This document shows, piece after piece, positions 11,501 to 22,312 of a stretch of 64,000 nucleotides of DNA. Numbering within the stretch: position 1 is the stretch's first letter; each line of letters starts with the position of its first letter. The stretch comes from Rotaria socialis (Eukaryota), in the NCBI GenBank assembly GCA_905331295.1, contig CAJNYD010000002.1, positions 62,001 through 126,000 of the forward strand. Reading direction: 5' to 3'. A program made the translations under genes and the position numbers. The notes below the pieces were generated by a model. The model saw nothing but the letters and a program-made list of their open reading frames with translations, made no database searches and was not told where the DNA came from.

Positions 11501-12403
11501 TGATATTCTATTAAAAAATATCCGATTAGTTCGATTTAATTTTTGCGACACGAAAGGTTGATGTAAGGAAAAATGAGTAACACCATCTGTATTTGAATCC
11601 GAAGAAACTGTCGTCTTACCAGGAAATCTGGTGACGTCCAATGATTTAAGTACAGATGTAGATAGAACAGACAAAGATTGAGGTAATGAACGACATGAAA
11701 GAAAACCTATACAATATCCTTTTCTAATGTGTCGAGGAAACGATGACGTGTTAGAGAACGTAATCGATGAGCAATAATTACGAAAGTTTACAAGTGTATG
11801 TGTATCAAAACATATCTTATTACGATGCAAATATTGGTTAGGAACTAAATAAGAATCTAGAGTCGAAATAGGTATATTAACTTTTGATGATCGAGTAGAT
11901 TTAGGAGGAATATATAATGATTTAGATGAAATAACTGATATTCTTTTTAACTTATAGTCCGGTTCAATATTCATTGTTAATAAACGTTTTCTATACTCAA
12001 TCGAAATAGTCTGATGTTTAACGTCGAAACTTAGATTATATAAATTAATATAATCCATCCCTAGTATGATGTTAGTACATAGATTTCGGACTATATGCGC
12101 TTCTATTTTTGTAATTATATTAGCGAATTCTAAAGATAATTTAACAGTTCCTAATACTTGGAAAGGTGTTATTCCGTCAGCTAATACGAAAGAATAGGAT
12201 TTTCTATGAATGACATGAGACTGATTGATATGATTTAATAATTTTTCATTGATAAAAGTTGTCGTTGCTCCGGTATCAATCAGAATCTTAGTTTTATAGT
12301 TATTTACTAGAGTTGTAAAGAAAATTAGAGATGACTTAGATGGTTTTTTAGCTTTCTTCCCGGAGACAACACCACCGCTCGATGTCTCCGAGATTAAAAA
12401 TTT
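8504..12403 (-). CDS. pol: Pol polyprotein (protease, RT, RNase H, integrase) expressed by -1 frameshift
   Basis: LIDTGA protease motif is in frame upstream of the called ORF. Also KLDLKSGF, YLDD, TTDAS, an HHCC zinc finger, and the integrase triad IDYCG/SDQG/VERFN. Confidence 0.95.
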   Translation of the reverse strand, partial: KFLISETSSGGVVSGKKAKKPSKSSLIFFTTLVNNYKTKILIDTGATTTFINEKLLNHINQSHVIHRKSYSFVLADGITPFQVLGTVKLSLEFANIITKIEAHIVRNLCTNIILGMDYINLYNLSFDVKHQTISIEYRKRLLTMNIEPDYKLKRISVISSKSLYIPPKSTRSSKVNIPISTLDSYLVPNQYLHRNKICFDTHTLVNFRNYCSSITFSNTSSFPRHIRKGYCIGFLSCRSLPQSLSVLSTSVLKSLDVTRFPGKTTVSSDSNTDGVTHFSLHQPFVSQKLNRTNRIFFNRISPCNAIQTCNASLNSNVETLVKTIENEKYRNNLRTLLVRFSATFDISKHNIAKTSIHHVINTVPHSPPACKPYPQPDKEQAMYQLMQEFLQAGLITESHSPYAAPAILIKKKDSSYRFVVDYKKLNLITIKDSSPLPNMEDTIRKLGHGYSCFSKLDLKSGFYQIPINNADKEKTAFVTPFGLYQFNVLPMGLKNSPPTFQKVMTDTLKNCRNYSLVYLDDIIIFSKSFEQHLYHLECVLSALKEKNLVLNPPKCVFATNKIDYLGHTVSKQYITPMKEKIEAIIQLKEPHTLSQANNFIGALSWYRKFIPHFATVAAPIHSVTNLTKDNRHKFKWKYAQSKAFHELKQMLVREPLFLHYPIDDIPLILTTDASGIGIGGVLQQEVEGEMHNLYYHSQLMTICERKYSTIEKEALAIYKCFTRMRTFLLGRNIVLKTDHCPLCHIMEKTVRNARVDRITHLLQEYNIDKVVHIKGRENCLPDFLSRYSNEMNDDLFEIDYGLENKCNLNESELLSPQISQSSSSSYNKKDKNLLATMVLRSRFKQHKSHTTTDTSNNEVTNHDEEDNQSQQMPRVNKSFVRKFSHNEFDLTNLKQEQENDSSIQNVVKELHNRRDTIPFVIKNNIVYRLITTSRHSKRKIEVVYLPASMEKSLIQACHDDPMTGAHFSFERTYNKIKYYYWWPRMKATIKQYIRSCLLCKQFNISRHKNVGHLRPITPPEGPFLLIGIDYCGPLKRTPRENQYVLVITDYFTRHITAIALPNCTAETTAQTLFNEYFCKYGVPTVILSDQGSHFRNQLMENIKYLIGYNHIYSTQYHPQTNGMVERFNATFIPQISKLQDTEDNNWDEYLQAVVFAYNTGIHKTTKYSPYELLYGRLPRLPFNARPTYYSFAKPNDYFEQLRKTLRIYHQAARHHMILQNENNINRYNRNRFDPKYKVGDKVLIRIHGNRGKLEPKFSPIPKVITQVHHPIYEIQDEESHISSNVHVADVRPILIDQYL
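12361..12403 (-). promoter_or_regulatory. Programmed -1 ribosomal frameshift signal
   Basis: Slippery A_AAU_UUU at the gag end (P-N-F-stop), a 6-nt spacer, then hairpin CGGAGACA...TGTCTCCG. The -1 frame reads through into the protease. Confidence 0.85.
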
Positions 12404-14571
12404 GGACAGGCTGGCGCCTCATGTCCAAACTGATTGCATTGATTGCAAGCATTTGCTAAAACTGATTCCTGTATCGGTTCTATATTTGCTGATGTATATG
12501 ACGGATTAATTGCGTTTACAGTAGGCTGATGAAACCGCTTATTATTCCAAGAATTTGACTGTGTGTACTGAGAACGTTTTCGACTATTATTAAAAGAAGG
12601 TTTATTAATGTTCGGTTGATGAAATCGTGAAGGATTATTGTTAAAGCGGTTTTTATTTTTCGGAGCTGATGTATTTGACGACGTTGCTAATTTAGGATCA
12701 TAATACGAACTACGATAATTTGATGTTTGGTAATTATTATCAAAATTTCGAGAGTAGTTAGCTGAATAGTTATTCGGATTATCATTATATGGTGGATCCA
12801 TTCGCACTGATGCGGTCGAACTTAATTTTGACATCGGTTTTTGACTCATCTGTATATTATCCTGAGTATTAGTACTATTAATTGTCATATCTGATAACTG
12901 CATTAGTTCTTCTGCTTCTTTAGCATAATCAAGAAATTCTTTCGTTGACTTAGGTTTTTTCTTGCGTACTTCAATTTGTATACTAGGCTTAGTTTTATTC
13001 AAAAGATTTTTTAATTTTGTAGCCTCACTCATAGTTATGTCGGTTTCTTTACATAGTTTCATGACTTCGTTGAAAAAGCTCCTAATCGACTGATTTTCTC
13101 CTTGAGTATAGGATTCTAGTTGTTTGAATGCTAACTCTTCTTGAAACGATGACGTAAACGCTTGTTTTAGTTCGGTTACAAAAACAGTCCATGATGTGAA
13201 CTGTGATCGATTATTCTTAAACCATTCAAGAGCGTCCCCTTTCAACGAATAGGAAATCAGATCTAATCTAGTAGAATCTGGTATATGTGCTACATCCAAA
13301 AGATGTTCGATTTCTTCAGTCCACTTTTTCACATCATCTTTTCCTCCTTTGAATGTTTTCGGATTTTTTATTAGATTACCGACTATTGCTTTACGAAGAT
13401 CTTTCATAGTTTGATCACATATTGAATTAGATGCGTCATCTGGAACTAAAGCTGACTTTACTATTGATCGTTCACCAATAGAATTGACAAAACCATAATT
13501 AGTCATAGCCGTAGAATTAATCTCATGTGACGAAGATGTTAGATTTGTCATATTATTATTATTACTGTTGGTCATGAAATGGCTCGAATCATTAATTAAC
13601 TTAGATTGATTAGATATCGACAAATCATTCGACTTATCCACATTCGTTTGTTGAAGTTTAGAAACAGCTGATGAACTATCCGTAGATTCGAATTGTGACA
13701 ACAAGAACTCGTAAAAATCATCAAATGTTCGAATGTCTTTACGATATTTAATATATCTACGTTTTGCTTCGCCTTCAATCAAAAGTGAAATTGCTTCAAA
13801 TCGAAAATTTCTTCCTATATGAAAACTATTAAATTTATTTTCTGTTTCATCAAGCCATTGAATTACATTTTGTTTTCCTGAAAATCGAACGAAGTTCTGT
13901 AGAATAAAAACATCTAAATTATTCTCATTGTCATCCTCGTTCAATTGAGATTCTTCTTCAATCTCCTTTTCTTCTTCATACTTTTTAATAATTTCATTTG
14001 ATTTATTATTTATTTTTTTATAGTTTTCATCAGTCGATCGTTTTCCATTCGAATTATTAGCTTCATATTCGCCTTTAATGTCATTCGTATTATCAATAGT
14101 TTGTGAATTTGCAACTTTATCATGTCGATCTAAAACGACTTCCTTTACATGTAATTCATTTATTTTATTAGTCAAATTATCTTCCATGTCAATGCTTATG
14201 GTACTTGTTTCGTACAATTTATCTTTATTATCTTTTTCTGCATTCATTGATTCTAGATTGATCGAATCTTTATGTTTATTCATTTGTAAATTACTACTTA
14301 TTTCTTTTGGTTTATGCGGAGTTGGTATTATCGCTTTTCTTCGATTACTATTGTCAGAAACTCTTAATCTTTCCTGTGAATATTTAGTTGATGACAAAAA
14401 CGAATTATCTGTGGTTAATATGTGGTGTGATAATTCAGATGTTAAATTTTTTGAAATAAATGATTTTTTATCTTTATGGGTCATATAATTCTGATTATAC
14501 TTATTTTTTTTTTTTATAAAAATTTTATCAGACAAAAAACTTTTCGCATTAGATAATTGCAACAAATTCAA
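12394..14571 (-). CDS. gag: Gag protein (start uncertain)
   Basis: Capsid-like segments (FSGKQNVIQWL; FKGGKDDVKKW...LKGDALEWF) and a C-terminal CX2CX4HX4C knuckle. Confidence 0.9.
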   Translation of the reverse strand: MNLLQLSNAKSFLSDKIFIKKKNKYNQNYMTHKDKKSFISKNLTSELSHHILTTDNSFLSSTKYSQERLRVSDNSNRRKAIIPTPHKPKEISSNLQMNKHKDSINLESMNAEKDNKDKLYETSTISIDMEDNLTNKINELHVKEVVLDRHDKVANSQTIDNTNDIKGEYEANNSNGKRSTDENYKKINNKSNEIIKKYEEEKEIEEESQLNEDDNENNLDVFILQNFVRFSGKQNVIQWLDETENKFNSFHIGRNFRFEAISLLIEGEAKRRYIKYRKDIRTFDDFYEFLLSQFESTDSSSAVSKLQQTNVDKSNDLSISNQSKLINDSSHFMTNSNNNNMTNLTSSSHEINSTAMTNYGFVNSIGERSIVKSALVPDDASNSICDQTMKDLRKAIVGNLIKNPKTFKGGKDDVKKWTEEIEHLLDVAHIPDSTRLDLISYSLKGDALEWFKNNRSQFTSWTVFVTELKQAFTSSFQEELAFKQLESYTQGENQSIRSFFNEVMKLCKETDITMSEATKLKNLLNKTKPSIQIEVRKKKPKSTKEFLDYAKEAEELMQLSDMTINSTNTQDNIQMSQKPMSKLSSTASVRMDPPYNDNPNNYSANYSRNFDNNYQTSNYRSSYYDPKLATSSNTSAPKNKNRFNNNPSRFHQPNINKPSFNNSRKRSQYTQSNSWNNKRFHQPTVNAINPSYTSANIEPIQESVLANACNQCNQFGHEAPACPNF

Positions 14572-14670
14572 CTATCAACAACAGAAAAAAAATAGCACAA
14601 TGAATTATCTCTTTTTATTTTTATTTTACGAATTCTTCGTAATGTCAATTTACGGGCAAATAATTACGTT

Positions 14671-14687
14671 GCCCAACTTCTCCACCA
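14671..14687 (-). other. Primer binding site, probably tRNA-Ala
   Basis: TGGTGGAGAAGTTGGGC lies 2 nt inside the 5' LTR. TGGTGGAG complements the ...CUCCACCA end typical of tRNA-Ala. Confidence 0.7.
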
Positions 14688-14689
14688 AT

Positions 14690-15143
14690 TGTGAGGCTCA
14701 CTTTTAGGGATGCTTTTATTTAATCTTTATTTTATTTTTTACGCTCAGTCAATGATGCGTTTTCTTTAAATTAATCGATCTTCTGTCGTGAGCTCACGTA
14801 GACAGTTATATTACCTTGTTTAAGTAAATAGATAATCAATGATGTTTAATAAGATCAATTGATGAAATCAGTAGATTGAAGGAAAAAGTAGATTTATGTA
14901 AATAATAATAACCGTGAAGAAAAAACAATAAATCTGACAAATGAATATAAGGATAGCTCCTTATATATTCGAACGAGAAAAACTAAACGACGCAATAACG
15001 AAAAAACATAGCTAAGCGAAAAAGATCACATGATCTCAATCATGAGAAGGATTATCCATATCAAATAGAAAACAAGTAAAGAAAATGTATTCCAATGATA
15101 TGTATAAGTTAGCGTCATGAAGTGACATCTAGTGACGCTAACA
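14690..15143 (-). repeat. 5' LTR
   Basis: Direct repeat of 6179-6632. Confidence 0.96.
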
Positions 15144-16265
15144 TGTATGACAATATTTTAACTTTTGTCGCTCCACAGGAGCGTATCGATAAACAAATTT
15201 TTGTCTACTGAAAATATTTCAGTGCACTTAGATTTCATAACAGAGAAAAACATAGAAACAATGGTAGAGGATGTGTTACGTAGATTTCAGCCCAATAGGA
15301 AAATCAATATAAACTGAGGTAAAACATTGAAGAATGCACAGCGCAGAGTGATAACAGTTGAGCTAAAAGTAGCACCAGCCCGAGCTGCCGACCAGGTGCT
15401 GGCCAGTAGGCTGGCCAACACCCGGTCTATACTGTTTACTTTTTGCTGTTATCTTATATATTTATTCCAAATTTCTATTGTGCTTAAGAGAGAGTCCATG
15501 AGTTCACCGAGCATCATTCCGGTATATGAGACACTCGATAGCTCTAAAAGAAAATTTTCTTTGTTCATTAAACAGAGCAATGTTAAAAGCCGCCAACCCC
15601 AAAATTTTAAGCTCAAATACACATTGTATGAAAAGTTATTCAATACCGACTTTTACCACTATCGCACCATTTTGCGAAAGAAGCGCAAAGAAATATCTCA
15701 TAAAAGATGAGTGCGGGCGTGGGTGTTGTATCTTAATCCAAACTACACGCATACCCATAACCACACCCTTACACCCACACCCACACCTAGGGGTGTACAA
15801 CTCACGCTCATATGAGCACTGATGAGCGTGAGCGTTTCTCCTTTTGCTTCCAATATACAATATATAAGTAAAATTCAATGAACTTTAGCTTGTGCTCTGA
15901 TGTTTTCTGTGATTATTTGTATGCAGCGACTGTAAAAATGTTTGTAAAGCATTTTTATTTATCGGGCACATTATCGATGGGTTACTATTGAGTTTCACCG
16001 ATCTCTATGTCATTTTAGTATTAAAATTGAAAATGATAAATAGTTTAGATGTGCTGATATAAGTTAACTAGTTGAAATCATATAGAAATGAGGTATCCTT
16101 AGTCAAAATTGCATAATATTATTGTTTTATCAATAAAAGTATTTGCTTATCTTTTTTCTGAAACACGATCTGAAAGGAGTGCTGAAGTATATAGGGTAGA
16201 AATTTAGACCCATCCCCCCCCCACAGACTGGGACAGGGAAATTAATTAATTCGCTAATTAATTTT

Positions 16266-16380
16266 TCTGTCACGGTCTGTGATCGCTTATGAGCTCTCTG
16301 TCACGGTCTGTGATTGCTTATGAGGTCTCTACCACGGTCTGTGATGGTTTCGTAATTCTCTGTCACAGTCTGTGATGGTT
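16266..16380. repeat. About 30-bp tandem repeat (TCACGGTCTGTGA core), probably MITE subterminal
   Basis: Four copies of ctgtcacggtctgtgat near a CCCCCCACAGAC motif. Confidence 0.6.
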
Positions 16381-16624
16381 TCTAGAGATTCCATACATCA
16401 TAATACAGACCATAACAGAGAAGCTCCACATACCATTAGTGACAGTGATAGACGAACTTCAGAAAAGAAGTCTCATCGTGTTTCACGCTTTAATCCCAAA
16501 GGGATTGCGCTAACAGCTTTTTCTTCTAATTAACTTGAATAGAGTGAGACCCATTAATGAGACTCGCCGTGTCGAATGTATTGCATCTGGTGAAGTAAGA
16601 ATCATCTTAAAGGGTCAAGGAAAG

Positions 16625-17413
16625 CTATTGTGTGTGCTTTTCGAGCTTCGGGGTGCTATTGTAGTAGTAATGATGAATTTGCACCCAAGTACGCCATTTG
16701 CACCACCACCAACTCGATGGCAGCAATGCAGGATCAAAGTTTATTTTCCGAACCATGACACCCGTTACAACTACACCTTCGCAAGATTTTATAAATTTTC
16801 CTTCCTGCGCTCGAAGTAAGAATTCAAGATCTTCATTGTTTGGAAAGTTTGGATCAATGTCACCTTTTACGCCAACCTCGAGCGTTTCACGCTTTTTCAG
16901 AGGCTGCAATTTTCTAATGTCGACTCGCACCTCCAGTACGAACTGAAAGAACATACTTTTGTGTGAAATTACGCGTGCGTACCTCGGATGCGAACAATAC
17001 TGAATACTAGGAGAAAGGTACAGCGCTGGAAATCCATGTTGGCATTCGCGAACCCGAAATCCGTTTTCAATAATCTTATGAATGTTTCGCGGATCTGTAC
17101 CGTGGTACAGTGTATGCCAGTTTGGACCCCAATCTGGAAGGCATGTAGTATCTACTTGTACACTGAGGCGAAACCAACTGCTTGGAACATAGTAAGGAAA
17201 TCGCTCCGGTGATGATGCTAGTCGGCCTTTCCAATACGTGTGCGTCGCTGTCATATTAATCTTAGTACAGTTCTCTGTACAGTACCCACGATTGTATTGT
17301 CCATTCCAGCGTATACGTTTTACGTGCACAAGTGTCTCATGATCGATCTCTTCATATGTAACAGGCACGCAGCAGCAGAGCTCAGCTTGACCATCTGAAT
17401 GCGAATTCCCCAT
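16625..17413 (-). CDS. PARP-like ADP-ribosyltransferase domain protein (NEURL4-like ART), predicted lipidated N-terminus
   Basis: WHTLYHGT, LYLSPSIQY, FVLEVRV and EDLEF motifs; MGNSHS N-terminus followed by CCC. Confidence 0.75.
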   Translation of the reverse strand: MGNSHSDGQAELCCCVPVTYEEIDHETLVHVKRIRWNGQYNRGYCTENCTKINMTATHTYWKGRLASSPERFPYYVPSSWFRLSVQVDTTCLPDWGPNWHTLYHGTDPRNIHKIIENGFRVRECQHGFPALYLSPSIQYCSHPRYARVISHKSMFFQFVLEVRVDIRKLQPLKKRETLEVGVKGDIDPNFPNNEDLEFLLRAQEGKFIKSCEGVVVTGVMVRKINFDPALLPSSWWWCKWRTWVQIHHYYYNSTPKLEKHTQ

Positions 17414-18579
17414 ATCGAATTCTTGTGATGTCTATCTAAAAAAATAATTGAAACTACACGAATTAATTATAATAGAAGCATACGGTTTCGAAAACAAACA
17501 AACTGAACTAAGACTAACAATAGTCAGATGTAATAGAAGTGTTACAATCTTTGCAACAAATGCTGAAAGAAAATAATAGAACACACGTTGAAACTTATGC
17601 TGGCACGATAAAAAAAGACCGGAAATAGCCGCTCCTCATACTTTCAAAACGGACGTTAACTTTGAGAAGACTTATTAGACAAATAGCACATTGACGCTTC
17701 ACACATGTGATAGCATGTGACTGGAAGAACAGAACGAAAGATAAATACCTGATAAAAAGCTCAGGAAAACTGTTATTGTGAGACTGCATGAATGTCTTGA
17801 TGGAGATTCCATTGATTCGAGCTACGAAACAATATTGAAGATTATAAAATAACAAATTTTTCACGACTGGCATTCTTGATGAAAAACAGAAGGTGCAAGT
17901 CGTTTTCTTTCATATGGAATATACATGTATATGCCGACTATTTAAGATGATCAAGAAGAAATCAGGAGAAGAAAGCAAGACTAAGCTATCTCAGAAACAT
18001 GAAATTTTTTCTTAGAGTAAACCAATTTAGCCCACAATGACGTCATGTCTTGCCGATTTTTTGGCTGCATACTTGCTTACTCTTTTATAGTGCTCATGTG
18101 GCATGAACTAATCCAAGATTTTTCTCTTTCCTTCTTTGATGTGCGTCACACATACTGTGTGCAGAGTCTTTTGCATGACGAAAACAGCGACAAAAGTACA
18201 TAATGAATAACTTTGTCAACTATAGAGTATCGCAATCGATTAATGTGTCTCATCGAAACAATAATAAAAGGATTTTTTTCATACACGGTCGTGTTGCGCT
18301 GGTTGATCCTAGTTGAAAAAATGAAGAGCGAGAGTTAGTAGACTCTTGAGGATCAATACAGCAAAATCCATATTTCGACTTAGTTAAATATATCATCAGG
18401 TGAGAAACCCATGAAGTGGCTTGTGTTTAAGATATTTATAAGTAAAAATAAACTTTTTGATGATTGTCCAATATTCGTATGAAACACAGGAAATTCTTAG
18501 ACATTCACAAACAAATCCGAGAAACCTAAATATAGCTGATCTAATACCAAGATTTGATGAAAAAATGAGGGGTGGCAGA

Positions 18580-18773
18580 ATTCTCCCAAGAACAACCAGC
18601 AGAATTCTGTAAGAATAATACCTATATGACTTAAAGGCACATTGCACACTACCAACAGAGAATTCTGTTTCCCAAGCAGAATTCTGTGTTACTGTATACA
18701 CACACTACCTTGGGACGAAAGCAGAATTCTAAGCAGAATTCAACATTTCCCAGCAGAATTTTGTCAGAATTCT
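18580..18773. repeat. CAGAATTCT-rich repeat running into a gap (likely MITE end)
   Basis: About 9 copies of (C)AGAATTC(T). Confidence 0.5.
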
Positions 18774-19653
18774 NNNNNNNNNNNNNNNNNNNNNNNNNNN
18801 NNNNNNNNNNNNNNNNNNNNNNNNNNNNNNNNNNNNNNNNNNNNNNNNNNNNNNNNNNNNNNNNNNNNNNNNNCCCTATATAAGTTAATTCCTTTTGAGA
18901 TGGCGCAATTACATCAGACATCAATTAAAATGGATTATAGTAGAAAAATCAATTAAAATGGATTATAGTAGAAAAATCAATAAAATGGATTATAGTATAA
19001 AAATTGATTAAACGTGATTCCCTTGCATACTATATTAGAATTTCGTGCTATATAATTGATTTCACACAGTTAACTTCGTTAGGAAAACGCTTGTAGTTTA
19101 GGAAGTCTTTTACTAATTTTCCTTGTGCTCATCAAGCAATATATAATGACTGAAGATGTGTTTTTCTTCAGAAAACTTATTTCAAAAATGACTTTCCCAT
19201 TTGAATAGTCACCATACACAAAAGGTGTTCAAAAATGAAAAATGAATCAAGAGAAACACTTCACAACGACATCTATACGATAAAAAGTTTAATAAATGTA
19301 TTTGTTGCAAATTTTATATGGCTGCAAGTTTATGTTTATGATAACTCGAACTGATATTATATTTGATTTTTAATGAATAAAAAAAGTCATTAGAGGTTAT
19401 TAATGATCCTTGTCTATTGTTCACAAATAGTGAAATAGAGAAAGAACTATCTCTACTGATTTACTGCAGCATTACATCTACTAAAGTATCACTACGACTA
19501 ATATCGACTGTAAAGCTAGTCTATTTTGTCTATTGTATTTGTAGCTAAGTTATCACATACTGGAATGCATTTATTATTCAACAGATGTATTACTTGTAAA
19601 ATTTGTGTATTTTCTCTTATATTTAAGATTTTTAAGAATAATTGGCATTATTA

Positions 19654-21850
19654 ATGGCTGTGAAGAATCACGTAAAAAACAAGACGGCTGCTGCACGAGG
19701 AAAGCAGCGTGTACCCGAGAAAAGTGAACAAATGATATTGATGCGTGATGAAGCATCACAATCACTCGTGATTGTGAGTGCCGATGATGTTTTGTCCAGT
19801 AATAAAGCGTCAAAGTTGTCGGCGGGTATAAAGATAGTATGCGAAAGTGGTTCCGATGAACCAGTTTTTGGTCCAATACTAGCCATTGGTTAGTACACCT
19901 ACAGCCTGATTCATCTTGTATACTGAATATATTTTAGGAACCCAATTGGAATGTTTGAAAGCGATGTCTACAATTGAAAAAACTCTTGGAAATACTACTG
20001 ATGATACAACCAAAACAGTTGAAAGTCAACCGCTGCAATCTACAATTACTATTGAAAGCCATCCTGTTCAATCTACAATTACTGTTGAAAGTCAACCGGC
20101 TCAGTCTACAATTACTGTTGAACAAAATATTTCAAAAGAGAACCACGTGAACGAAGATGAATCAAGTGATACTAATATATCAACTTTATATATAGTTGAC
20201 GAAGAAGAAACTGAAGAAAATATTTCATCAGTTTCAATAGCAGGTACCTCGAGCAGTTTGTTTCTTATGTTATTCTTGGAGTAACATTAAATTTCACATT
20301 TAGCATCAACAAATTCTCGTGGTGAAAAGAGATCACACGACGAAAATTCTACAAATTTGGATAATCGAAAAAAACATTCACGTGGTTCTTTAAGCGTTCC
20401 ATATTCTACATTTTCTGAAAAAGCAAAGGAATGTTTGTCCTTGCAAGCACAAATAACATATTTTCAAGAAGAATGGATGCGTAAGTAAGACGGTCTTTCG
20501 CGAGTTATTCAGATCTTATACATACAACGTTTTATCGAATCCAAATGTAATAACTTGCTCTAAGAAGGAAGTGATTATCTTTCCATATGGCGTAGCCTTT
20601 CGATTTTCGATTGCTTTTAGAATTTCATATCTCATGATTCTATTCGCCCAAGAAATAAGTTGATATCTATAAGGATAATTAATGTTCTTATAATTCTGCA
20701 TAGGGATGTTACTTCATCTTTAATTTATGAAACAAATATAAATACAATCGTTGCATTTATAGAATAAAAATAAATAAAATATTTATATTTATAAAAAAAA
20801 GATCTATGAATTATTTATTTCCAAAAATATAGAGGACTCAAAGACTAAACAAATAGTTATTCTCTATTATCGGTAAATAGACGAATACCTAGTATAACAG
20901 CAGGAAGTCTTAATCGGTATAATTTCAGATCAACAATATTACTTCGATGAACGATACTATTTGAAAAATGAAACTGATCTATGAAAAGTAAAATAACTGG
21001 AAAAATATCTCTGCACACGATTTTAGTCTTTAGTATCATACTGTCTTCTGGCCTAGTTGATAGTAAATAAATATTAGGCTTTCAAAAAGAAAAAAAAGAT
21101 TTCTATTATTTAATTAATTTTAATTTTATCTCTAAGAATAAAGAAGTTATTTATCTTTATTGTTTAAATATGAATCTTTCTTTATACTGATTTTACAAAT
21201 ATGTAGATAAAAAGAATCTTGATATGTTTTAAAATAAGAATTCATTTTATTTTATAAAAATTAAGATTAAGATTAAATTTATAGTCATCATTCTAAAGCA
21301 AAAAATTGAATGATTACCTCTGATTTTATGTTCATATAATCATTTTTTTGCAGCTCGGCCAAAAGACCCGAAGGTCATTAAATATTTAATTGAAATTACG
21401 AACATACTAAGCGGCAGTAATGGTAATCCAGATGAAGATACAGGTGAAATTTTAGAAGGCATCATTCGTGATTTAAAAATGAACGAAAAAGAGTTGCAGT
21501 TTTGTCACGGACGTTCTGCAACAGTTACGGCAAGGCGAATTATGAAATTTAAATATCCGAATCCTGCAAATGATTTAAAAATTAAAAAGATTGATGAATC
21601 TATTCTTACATCGATAATCCGTAAATAACTTTCTCTATGTTTTCTTATTTTCTAATTTTTAAAAATTTTTCTAGGTTATACAAGAATATCGAATCCAAGC
21701 GATAAAGTTTCTGAGACAAATATCCGTCATGCCATGAGCAACTATGTTGCTGTACAGAAATTCAAAAATAAAACAAGTTCAATTGCGAAATCAAATGATG
21801 TGGTTGAAGAATCGGACCAAAATGATGATTTAAACTCAAGCAATAATTAG
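19654..21850 (+). CDS. Multi-exon accessory ORF of the EnSpm/CMC element (unknown function)
   Basis: Putative exons about 19654-19887, 19939-20243, 20304-20480, 21354-21620 and 21675-21850 with GT-AG boundaries. Includes an 11-aa repeat (ESQPxQSTITV). Confidence 0.55.
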
Positions 21851-22312
21851 TAAACAAGAAGATACACGTGAATCCGAAAGAAAACGTTTTTTCATTCGAT
21901 TTTTTTTAGCACTACGTCAACTTTCCTTCTTTATTTCGTGTACTATATTTTGTAAAAATATTAGATTTTTCTATTGATGACTCATTATTTCTGAAAGTTG
22001 ATCATATAGTGACGCAGCTGAAGAATATCGTATTTTTGATTTACTTACTATAAATTAGATTTATTTCGTTTTGTTAAACTAGATGAAAACATTTAAAAAT
22101 ACGATATTATTTCTTTTTGCTTTTATATTTACGTGTTATATTTTTCGTGATAATCAGAAACTGATGCTTTTCTTTATTTAAATACAGTTATTAGAAAACA
22201 CTATTTTACATAGCTTTTTCTATGCTATATATAATCTAGTTTCCATTTCTATTTATTTATCATAGATCAGATCGATTTTTGACACTTCGTTTTTTCTTAA
22301 TTATAATATATA

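Larger units (their letters stand above)
6179..15143 (-). mobile_element. Full-length Ty3/gypsy LTR retrotransposon with gag, pol and an extra ORF3
   Basis: Near-identical 454-bp TG...CA LTRs, PBS, PPT, and domain order PR-RT-RH-IN. Confidence 0.96.

Noticed and set aside
14078..14488. Antisense ORF within gag (and similar short antisense ORFs in pol, hAT and Ginger)
   Set aside because: These are shadow frames of real genes with no independent motifs.
15761..15788. ACACCC telomere-like run
   Set aside because: It is degenerate, has no adjacent hammerhead or Athena sequence, and sits beside a TAGGGGTG hAT-like end. It is more likely MITE subterminal sequence.
15819..15840. CTGATGA possible hammerhead core
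   Set aside because: No downstream stem II-GAAA or stem I pairing.
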